A DNA stretch of 64,000 bases from Octopus sinensis. Its lineage: Eukaryota. The stretch is taken from assembly GCF_006345805.1 (NCBI RefSeq), contig NC_043010.1, positions 67,890,001 to 67,954,000 of the forward strand, read 5' to 3'. The notes under the pieces were generated by a model. It was not told where the DNA came from. It searched no databases and was given only the letters and a program-made list of their open reading frames with translations. Position numbers and translations under genes: made by a program. Position 1 is the first letter of the stretch. Each line of letters opens with the position of its first letter. Shown one piece after another: positions 28,601 through 40,600 of the stretch.

Positions 28601-31600
28601 TTAAATTCTAAAATAATCATGAATTTAGACTAGTTTCATTAAACAACTGTAACTTTTTTACTTAGCAACATATAATGTGATATTTGGAATATAATTAAAG
28701 AAAGGCTTCTTAATCAGTTCTATTGCATAACTTTTGTCTTAAAGTGACTTTAATTACAGGCAAATCCAGGTAAACTGAGCAAAAGGTAAAAATATAAAAA
28801 TTTTGTTTAAACATCACCATAGAAAATGAATCATCAGCTAATATTCAATTGGGTATGCAACAAAATTTTGATATAGAAGAATTGTGCACATCACTAGATC
28901 ATCAGTTGAATTTAATGCACAACAGAACAGGTGTACCATAAAGGTGAAATAAACTGAAATACTGGAATCCACCGTAAGTTTGACCGAACTAAAAAAAAAA
29001 ACGGTCAAAAAATAATATACGGCCCTGGTTATGGTATGGAAGTGATAAATTCCAGACCACATCGTACCCTAGACCATGCTGACTAACATTATTTTTCCTG
29101 TATCAAAACTAAATTCACAGCAGTACTCTGTATTTGCCACGGAAATTTTCCAAACTTTGATCCCCCATATTGTGGGCTTTCCTGGCATATACTGTTTGTT
29201 TAAATTCTGTGTAATAGTTTGTTTCCGCAGAGATCGCTCCAAACAAGCATACTAAAAAAAATAAAAGTCTAACAGTTTTGCTTCCTAAGAAAGACTATGG
29301 ATAGACCCCATTTCCTCAGAAAAATTGCTAATAAAAACATTTTTAAAGTTTTTACTTCATTCCGATGTAAAATTGTCTTTGCTGTTGCTATCACCGCTTC
29401 CAGTTTCTTCAGAATCACTGCTTTAGGTTTTGGTTACAGAAATATCCTATTCCTTTTCGTACACCACGTGCTGTTGTACCTTATTCATTCTTTTTCTCGA
29501 TATCCCAATATTTTCTGTTGAAAACTTTAAAATTCGAAATCACTGCTTGACAGCATGAAACTCCTATCCATTTTCAAAGTTGAAAAAAAAAACAATGCCG
29601 AAAAAGTATGGAAAAAAATCTCCCAAAATTCACTGAGTTCAGATATCACGTCAAGATACTATAACTCAACTATTTACAAAGTGAAGTCACATATTTTCAC
29701 AAATGTACTAACGTGATTTGTGCTTAAATTCACATTTAAATAACAATGGGTGCTCTCAGCCGGCTATGGCTGGGTTGGTCTTATGAACCAAAAAATTTTT
29801 CGGCTGGCTACAGCCAGGTTAGTATCGAAAGGGTTAATGTCCACTTTTCAGTGGTTGCATGGGTCAAACAGAATGCATTGAAGTAGATTTTTCTATGGAT
29901 GGATGCTTTTCCTGTCACCAGTCTTCACTTTCAAATGACTGAAACAAGTAAAAGAATGCACACACACACACGTCATCCATATAACTAACACTGAGACTAG
30001 AGCAACAACTGAACTGGTGATGTGATACAAGATTTACTAGCATTAAAATGGAAACAGAAAGCTCTATCTGTTGTAGGACTGTACCTGATATTTGTGATCA
30101 CACGAGACTTCCTCAGCAGACGATAAATCTGATCCTCCATAGCATGCTGCAGTCGTTTCAGTGGAGGGTTACGCTGAAATAAGAAACAAGAAATATGAAG
30201 TAAGGTGCCAGCATGGCTATGTGGTCAAGAAGTTTGCTTCCCAACCACATAGTGGCAGGTTCAATCCCACAGCGTGGCATTTTGGGAATGTGTATTCTAG
30301 TATAGCACTGGCAGATTAAAACCCCAAGAATCAATTTGGTAGACAGAAACTGAAAGAAGCCCATTGTGTGTGTGTATTATTATTATTACTTTTATTTTAA
30401 ACAGTTTGGTTCAGTCCCATGCAGTTTGAAGTTCCATAGGTTCCTTGCAGTTGCAGGTGCCAGACGAAACTGTTAAAATAATAATATATGTAAATCTTAC
30501 TAAATGTGTTGAGTGCTTCTTGCTTTTGTTTGTCCACTCACCCTTATATACAAATCATAAATCCCACCAGGTAGATGACCCTGCTCAATCAAACAAATCC
30601 CAAATCCCTTCAGGTAGATGGCTCTGCATGATCTGTAGAAAAGGTGTAGCTAGAAATTCCATAAGATATACTCGGTGCAAGCTATGGATACATAAGAGGT
30701 GCAGCAATATCAGAGGAAGGTTAACAGGGAAAATAGTTTTTTGTGTGTGGTAGGTGCACAGGTACAATAAGCACTAAAAATGTGAAGAAAATAGACTCCA
30801 TCAAATGCCAAAGGGAAAAGCTAGAAGTAGTTGATAACTTCTGTTATCTAGGTGACCAAGCCAGTAGTGTGGGTGGATGATCCGAGAGTGTAACTGCTAG
30901 AACAAAAATAGGTTGGGCAAAGTTCAGAGAGCTCCTACCTCTGTTGGTAACAAAAAGCCTCTCCCTCAGAGCGAAAGGCAGATTGTATGAGGCCTGTGTG
31001 TGAACAGCCATGTTACACAGCAATGAAACATGGGCTGTGACTGCTGAGGACATGTGTAGCTTGAAAGAAACGAAGCTAGTATGCTTTGCTGGATGTGTAA
31101 TGTCAGTGTGCATGTACAACAAGGTGTAAGAGTCTTGAGAGAAAAGCTGGGCATAAGAGGCATCAGATGTGGTGTACAAGAGAGACGACTGTGATGGTAT
31201 GGTAATGTGATGCGTATGGATGTGGATGGTTGTGTGAAGTGCTGATCTCTACCAGTCGAAGGAAGGCATGGAAGAGGGAGATGCAGGAAGGCATGGGACG
31301 AGGTGGTGAAGCATGATCTTCAAACTTTGGGCCGCATGGAGGCAATGACAAGTGACCAAGACTTTTCGTGATATGCTGTGCTTGAGAAAACCTGTCAAGC
31401 CAAGTGAAATCATAGCTGTAGTCATTGTTGGTGTCAAGTAACTGGTACCCATGCCGGTAGCATGTAAAAAGCACCTTTCGAGTGTGGGGCCTCAAGGAGG
31501 CAATGTGGCTGATGCTGGTATCACATAACTAGTACCCATGCTGGTGGCACAAAAAGCACTTTCCAAGCACTGGGCCTCATGGAAGCAATGACAAATGACC

Positions 31601-34600
31601 AAGACCTTTGGCAATATTCTGTGCTTGAGAAGAAGACCCATCAAGTGAAGTGAAATCGTAGTTGTGGCAGATATTGGTGTCATGCAAACTGGCACCCGTG
31701 CTAGTGGCATATAAAAGTACCCATTACACTCTTGGAGGGCTTGGCGTTAGGAAGGGCATCCAGCCATAGAAACCATACCTAATCAGACTACAGTTTGGTA
31801 CAGCCCCTCAGCTTACCAGCCCTGGTCAAACTGCTCAGCCTATGCCAGCATGGACAACGGATGCTAAATGATGGTGGTGATGATGATATATACATATATA
31901 TATATATATATCATCATCATTTAGCATCCGTTGTCCATGCAACCATAGAAACCATGCCAAATCAGACTGGAGCCTGGTGTACCAGTCTCAGTCTCAAACC
32001 ATCTAAACCATGCTAGCATGGAAAGCAGATGCTAAATGATGATGATACACACACCCATGTACAAACAAGCACACACTGACACACAAAATAAACATCGTTG
32101 CACGGGGTGATGGAGGTTAGACTGGTCCTTTTCTTACCTGAGATCGAGGTTTCATATCATTGTCTTCGGTTGAAATATCAAGCAGTGTGGTCTGGAAGAC
32201 AAACAGCACCCGAGGTGAACACGGCCGGGCACTCAGGTACCATTCCTTAGAAATGTGGAGCCCTTGCAGCTGTTCGCTCATCACACTTAATAACTGGACC
32301 CTGAAATTAGCAACAGAGTGTCTCAATAACAGTAACAACAACAAATTAATACTAAAAGACTGCATTTATTATGGTGTAGTCTCAGAAGCTACACAGAAGT
32401 CATACTTAATAGATATTAGGTTAGACATGGCCTTATTGGTAAGTCTGCTTCATAATCAGTTGATGTCTATTTCTTTTTACTACCCACAAGGAGCTAAACA
32501 CAGAGGGAACAAACAAGGACAGACAAATGGATTAAGTCGATTACATCGACCCCAGTGCATAACTGGTACTTAATTTATCGACCCCGAAAGGATGAAAGGC
32601 AAAGTCAACCTCGGTGGAATTTGAACTCAGATGTAGCGGCAGACGAAATACCGCTAAGCATTTTGCCCGGTGTGCTAACATTTCTGCCAGTTCGCCACCT
32701 TTATCAGTTAATGTCTAGGTTCCATGCTGGTTTGGATTTGATGGTTTGAGAGGATCTGATGACCCCAAGATCTGCATCATGTTCAGATGTCTACTTTGAA
32801 TTGATTTCTATTGTTAGATGGCCTTCTTAACATCAACCACTTTCTTTACAGCATGTACCGTGTGCTTTTTTTTTTTGTGTGCCACCAGCGCAAATGTCAT
32901 GCATGTGGATTCCTATATTTCTCCATCTTCCAAGACATCCAGCCATAGAAAATCTGCCTCAACAAATTTTGTCTTTGGAACATACAGTGTTTCAACATTG
33001 TTGTGTCTTATCAGGCAGAGTCATGCTGGACTAATGATTCTAATACAAATTCATGGCTATGGTTAATAGCTTCAGCAAACAAATTATCTGCTGACGTATA
33101 CTATTTGCCACGAACTCATTATTGTGAACGACTGAATCAATTTCTTCAATTCTTTTAAAATGCATCTGCACTTATTTATTCCAGTGTTTACTTTCCTGTA
33201 ATTTAGCAGTTCAGCAGAAAAGACCAGTTACAGTGAGTACAACATTTAAAAAGTATAACCTGGGATCAATCTGTTTAACTAAATCCTTTAAGGTAGTGTT
33301 CCAGCATGGCCATGGTCTAATGACTGAAACAAGTTAAAGATAAACAGACATGCTGTTGTTTAACCCTAGGTCATCTCTGATCAAACAGGGCTGTCATTCA
33401 AAGCATTCAGTCACGATTGTTATACTCTCTCGTTTCAGTCATTTGACTGTGGCCATGCTGGAGCACCGCCTTTAGTCAAAGAAATCGCCCCCAGGATTTA
33501 TTCTTTGTAAGCCCAGTACTTATTCTATCGGTCTCTTTTGCCAAACCGCTAAGTTACGGGGACGTAAATACACCAGCATCGGTTGTCAAGCGATGCTGGG
33601 GAGACAAACACAGACAGACACACACACACACATATATATATATACATATATACGATGAGCTTCTTTTAGTTTCCATCTACCAAATCCACTCAAGGCTTTG
33701 GTCGGCCCGAGGCTATAGTAGAAGACACTTGCCCAAGGTGACACACAATGAGACTGAACCCGGAACCATGTGGTTGGTAAGCAAGCTACTTACCACACGG
33801 CCACTCTTGTGCCTAGGATTAGTTAACATATATATTTCTTTTCTCAAGAGAGTAGGCTGTGTTTTGAGGGAACTTGGCTATTTCAAGCAGTATCCTCAGT
33901 TCTAGAAGTACAAAATGACAGGCTGGTCATGGAGGGAACCCCTCATCATACATAGGTCTGCTAGGGATATAAACATCAACAACAAACCAACTTTACTTTC
34001 CATTCTTTGAAGTTAAATAGAATATGTAAGAAGCAATAGGCTATACCTGAGAGTATCCAAGATCCGGAAAATCCGGATAAAGCTCGTATCAAAGGAACTG
34101 CCAGGGTGAACCAACTGAAAAGAAAAACAACAATATATATGACACTGAATTTTCGAAATGAATAAGTAGACAGCCGACAACTGATGAAGGGCCCTTTCTC
34201 TGTGGTTACTTGCCCCGTTTTTCCATTTTTCTCTCTCGTTGTTTATGTATTCAAGTTGTTTGTTTACATATTTCATGTTGTTTGCATGATTATTGCCAGT
34301 GCCACCTAGTACTGTTTAATGTTATGGAGATTTAAGTTAAGCATCAATCCACTGAAAACCGACAAGTAATCATCATCCTCATCATCATCATTTAGCATCC
34401 GCTTTCCATGCTAGCATGGGTTGGACGGTTCAACTGGGGTCTGGGAAGCCAGAAGGCTGCACCAACCCCAGTCTGATCTGGCAATGTTTCTACAGCTGGA
34501 TGCCCTTCCTAACGCCAACCACTCCATGAGTGTAGTGGGTGCTTTTTACATGCCACCAACACAGGTGCCAGATGGGGCTGGCAAACGGCCACGATCGGAT

Positions 34601-37600
34601 GGTGCTTTTTACGTGCCACTGGCACGGAGGCCAGTCGGGGAGGCGCTGGCAACGGCCACGATCAGATGGTTCGCTTACGTGCCACCGGCACTGGTATCAC
34701 AGCTGCAATTTCCATTGATGTTGATCGACTTCGATTTTGGTTCTGATTTGCTTCTGAATGCTAAAGAGTTAAAACAGATTAGTGCATGCATTGCACTTTG
34801 ATGCAAAATAATCCACACACGCTGGTGTAGAACATTCAAAATAGTCAAGTTTCCTGAATGTTCTAGCATTCTAAATATTCTAGACAGACCTCAGAAATAG
34901 TAACACAAGAGTAGGTTATCTCAGTGGGGAAAAAAAACAGAAATAACTTGCAACATTCAACACTATCTCTAGAAGAAAAAAAATAAGATAAAAAATGTGG
35001 AATGGTCATTTGGAACACGTTTGTTCACAGGTTTGCTCAACGAAGATTGACCTGATGATAAACAAATACAATGTCTGTTTTAATATTCCACCGGTTTTGT
35101 GTTCAAACTGACCGGATCCAATGTTGTACACCTACCATACAACTGAAATCTCAAAGGCTACGAAATAATGCAGGGTTAATTCAAAAATGATGTGAATATA
35201 AATAAGCATTACATTTGATAAAATAGTCTGAATGCTGAAGGGTGAACAGATGTTAGAACTTAATAGCAAGTCAGTTATTTCAATTCCACGGGATGGTTTG
35301 CAAACTGTAGCAACAACAGTAAGGCTGACTTACCAGAACAATATGAGAAACGCAGAATAAGAGGAGCCAGGTTTTAGCATGATGGAATTCTTCCGTCTCC
35401 CAGATGGTGTGAAAATCCTTTAGAAAAAAAGAAAACAAAAACAAATAAATATATTACAAAAATCAAGTTAACGATGATGATAATATTGATAAATAGAAGA
35501 TTATTTATTACCTATATTAACAGCAGCAGATTGAGGATGGGGGTTAAGAGTTTATGAATAATAATGTCTAAATTCCAAAAAAAGGGAAGGCTATGCTTTG
35601 CTGATGACACTGGAAGATCAAAACATATCCAGAGGGGTCCCCAATACTTATAGCAGTGTAAGTGTGTGGTCTTGAGTCCAGTCCCAGTGTGTAGCACTGA
35701 GCTTGTGTTTTCTACTACAGCCCTAGGCAGGCTATTGTGCCTTGTAAGTGGATTTGATAGTTGGAAACTGAAAGAAGTCTTTGGTGTGTTTGTATGTTTG
35801 TCTGCATGAATGTGAGAGAGTGAGTGAGGGTGTGTGTGTCAGTATGTGCCAGTGTGTGTATTGTGTGTGTGTGTGTGTCAGTATGTGTATTGTGTGTGTG
35901 TGTGTGTGTGTGTGTCAGTATGTGTATTGTGTGTGTGTGTGTGTGTACCTTTGTCTGGTCAAGGGAAAACAAACATTATCCTTCTTGGAAACAGGTGAGG
36001 GTTGGCAACTGGAAAGGTATCTGCACATAAAACCTGCATCAACGAATTCCATCTGACTCATGAAAGCATGGAAAAGTGGACATGCATGTGAGTCCATCTA
36101 ATTGGAGCAAGGTTGTGAAGGAAAGCACCTTGTTTTGTTCACCCTTTAAATACTAAGGTCTTGCAAATTTTTATTATCCCAGATATCACGATCATTTATA
36201 GCATATGAATTAACCCTTTCTTTACTGTATTTATTTTGAGATGCTCTGTGTTTCTTTCAATTAATTTTAAATATAACAAAGAATTTAGTAAAATAACTTA
36301 GTTATCATTCAGCTAGTGTTAGGAACATATATTGTGACTAAAGAAGATTTTAATTCAAAATTTATGAAAACAAGACATTTGTATTCAGAGCCAGAGCCGG
36401 TTTCAGCCACTTTAATCACAAATTTTTTTTAGGGCTGCTTGCATACTTTATGCACTAATAGTCAACAAAGACTTATTTTAACCCTTTCGTTACCAACCCG
36501 GCTGAAACTGCCTCTGGGTCTGAGTACAAATGTCTTGTTTTCATAAGTTTTGAATTAAAAGCTTCCACCAAACCTTAGTCACAATTTATGTTTCTAAAAC
36601 CAGCTGAATGATAACTAAGTTACTTTACTAAATTCTTTGTTATATTTAAAGTAATTGAAAGAAACACAGAGCATCTCAACAGAAATACAGTAATGAAAAG
36701 GTTAAAGAGTATACACACATGTGCATACATATAAAAGATACAAAAAAAGATGTTGAATTAACACTTGAAAACTACATATGCATGCTATGGGAACAGTGCA
36801 CTGCTAACAGAATTGAAAGCATTTTGCTTTCTCATGCTATTATTACAATAATGAGTGAATGATCGTTAATGCAACATGAAATATTATCATTGCAAAAACA
36901 GTAGTATCTTTCTTTTTTACTTTTCGTTAAAATCTTTAATTTCTGATAAATTTTTTTAAATGTTTGTTTAAATAAACGCATTTCAATAAAGTATCAAGTG
37001 GGCTGCAAGACAAAAATCTGCAGGCCACATGTGGCCCGTGGGCCTCAGGTTGGCGAGCCCTGAATTAAACCTTTCAAGGTTGTGCCCCTGCATAGCCTTA
37101 ACCCAATGACTGAAACAAATAAAAGATAACTCAATATTAAATAATAAACAAAAGACATAATAATAATAATAATAATCTTTTCTTCTCTAGGCACAAGGCC
37201 TAAAATTTTGGGGTAGCGGGCCAGTTGATTGGATCGACCCCAGTACACAACTGTTACTTAATTTATTGACCCTGAAAGGATGAAAAGCAAAGTTGACCTT
37301 GGCAGAATTTGAACTCAGAACATAAAGACAGACGAAATATCGCCAAGCATTTCGCCCGGCATGCTAATGGTTCTGCCAGCTCATTGCCTTTAATAATAAT
37401 AATAAATAAAAAGTGTGTTGGTGCATGTGAAAAGCACTTTCCAAACACTGGGCCTCACAGAGGCAATGACAAATGATGTGCTTCAGAAGAAGACCCATCA
37501 AGCCAAGTGAAACCATAGTTATGGCAGATATTGGTGTCTTGCAAACTGGGACCCATGTTGGTGGAATGTAAAAGTACCCATTACACACTTGGAATGATCG

Positions 37601-40600
37601 GTGTGAGGAAGGGCATCTGACCGTAGAAACTATGCCAAATCAGACTAGTGTCTAGTGCAGCCTCTCAGCTTACCAGCCCTGGTCAAACTGTGTAACCTAT
37701 ACCAGCATGGACAACAGATGTTAAACGATGATGATGAAAAAACAACGTACCTGCTGTGCAACATCAGTGTCCAGCTTTTGGCACAAGGTTGCCAAACGGT
37801 AGCTGTCAAGCAATGAACTGTAATGGAGGTAGACTACATGATTTGATGTATCGTAGTAGTATTCTATTTCATCCTGGAAAGAAAAAGAACAGAAATATTA
37901 CTTTAAATTTAACCTTTTTTAATATTAATCTAGCTGAAAGCTCCACATTTTAATTTTTTTCTAACTGGCACCTATGCCATTGGCATGGAGGAAACACCCT
38001 TCGTACTTTGGGCCTCGCGGAAGCAGTGGTAAGTGACTGAGATCTTTGACAATATACTGTGCTCGAGAAGATGGGTCAAGCCAAGTGAAGATTGTAGTCA
38101 TGGCCAATATGGCAGTGTTTCCTAACTGGCACCCATGCTGGTGGCACATAAAAACCACCCTTTGTACTTTGGGCCTCACGGGGGTAGTGGTAAGTGACTG
38201 AGACCTTTGACAACATACTGTGCTCGAGAAGATGGGTCAAGCCAAGTGAGATAGATTGTAACTGTAGCTGGTGGCAGTGATTGGTAACTGGTACCAGTGC
38301 TGGTGGCATGTAAAAAGCATCCACTACACTCTTGGAGTGGTTGGCATTAGGAAGGGCATCCAGCTGTGGAAACCACGCCAAATCAGAGTGGAAGCTGGTG
38401 CAGCTTCGCAGCTTACAAGTTTTCATTCAAACTGCCCAACTCTTCCAGCATGGAAAGCAGATGTTAAATGATGATGATGACAAACAATTGGACCATGTGT
38501 CTAATTGCCTAATGCAAACACCTCCCCTCAAATTTAACCGTTTAAAAAAAAAAAAAAATATCATTACTACTTTTTTGCATAATTTCACTACAACACTTTA
38601 CAAAACCTTGATAGGTTGTTTATAAATCTCTAGTTGGTTTTCATTTTAATTTATTTATTTCGAAGAATTATACACAGGTCCTTGTTAAGTTTGCGGTCAA
38701 TAAGAAAAATTTACATAGATGTACATAATAAATACATGGCCAACCCCAGGTAGTTTATATATGTATTTTAAATGTTAGAATTTCTTATAATAAATTAATT
38801 TTATATAAACATGTTTATAGAAGACGTGGACGAATCCCATGACCAGTTTGCGACTTTTTCTATCAAAAGGGTAAAAGTGGCTAATTATCTGTAGATGTAT
38901 TCATCATCATCATCACTTAACATCCATTTTCCATTCTGGAATATGTACCGAAAAATACACAATACTACCACACAAATTTTCATCAAAAGAACTTAGAAAC
39001 TTCATGAGAAATTAAATAAAATGTTTTTAACAGTGAAACTTGAAGTAGATAAAGCTATAAATAATAGCATATGGAATATTGGGACAAAGAAAAAAATCCT
39101 TGGATGGAACGAGTTGAAGGATAAATGATACATATTTTGTTGTAACTCTGAGAGAATGTAAATAATTATTTTTGGGAGTGGCGAATCTGGAAGCAAAAAA
39201 GTCATAAACAATAGTGTGTAAATATTGGGTTAAAAACCCTTTGGATAGAAATCGAAAGCTGTTCATAGGACTTGAACCCACATCTGTCAACATGACCATG
39301 TTCTACCATTGGACCAAAACAATCCTTTGAAATTTTCTGTCCATTTTAAAAACTTATTCTTACCAGTAAGTATTGCATATGGTTGATGGCATAAGAATTC
39401 AGAGGCAAATAAAGATATGTTAGCATGCAAATATTGGGTTACAGATACACACACACAATGACACTACCGAGAGAAAGAGAGAAGCGGGTGGAAGAAAAGG
39501 AGAGATATCCTAAACTTGTCAGGTGTAAGAATTGCTTGAAACAAGAAAAAGAGCTGCCATACCTCAGCAATACCATTGATGAACGATTCATCCAAACTCT
39601 GCAATAGAAAAGAAAAATATAAGATAAGGAAGACAATAAGAAATTAGATAAATTCCTTTCATATATAAATCCTTTTCAATATCAACCCAACTGAAATTGG
39701 CTCAATTAACTCTTTAACATTTAAACCATCTATATCCACCCTTAATATTTTGCCTGCTTTATGCTCGATCCGGCCTCTCACACTGGCTCAAATATGCTGT
39801 TCTGAATATGAACATTCACATCATTAAAATCTTGTAGCTATAACTTAACACTTTGTGGAGGTGTGTGGCTTAGTGGTTAGGGTGTCAGCATCATGATCGT
39901 AAGATTGTGGTTTCGATTCCTGGACTGGGCTATGCGTTGTGTTCTTGAGCAAAACACTTCATTTCATGTTGCTCCAGTCTACTCAGCTGGCAAAAATGAG
40001 TAACGCTGTGATGATGGACTGGCGTCCCGTCCACCTGGGGAACACATACACCATTGAAACCGGGAAACTGGGCCCATGAGCCTGGCTATGCTTTAAAAGG
40101 GTGCATTTATTGTTATTTTATAACCTAGCACTTAACTCAAAACAATGTAAAAAAAAAAAAGAAAGAAAAATAAGCATTACATTTGACACAGTAAAATTTG
40201 AATGTTTAATGGTTGAAGGTGTTCAAATGGTCAATTCAAATTACCTTGTCTTTTACTAGTTTCAGTCATTAGACTGTGGCCATGCTGGGGCAATGCATGT
40301 ACTTATTCTATCAGTCTACTTTCTGCCAAATTGCTAAGTTACAGGGGCTGTAAACAAACCAACACCAGTTATCAAGTGGTAAGGTAGGTGACACATTTTC
40401 CCCACCTACAGGTATGCATACTTCATTTAACCTCTTAACATATTACCCCCTATATTTTCATTCAGAAATGTCTAGTAAATAAATATTTGAACGAAAACAT
40501 ACATTCACTATACTCAGAGGTATATGTCACTTATTTCTAATCCGGAATACTTTGTTCATGATGTTATTCCTGTTTTCTATCATTAACTATCATTTCTGTC

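Noticed and set aside
34150-34230. CTGATGA at 34181-34187 as a hammerhead core
   Set aside because: No GAAA after a stem II and no stem I in any permutation I could fold
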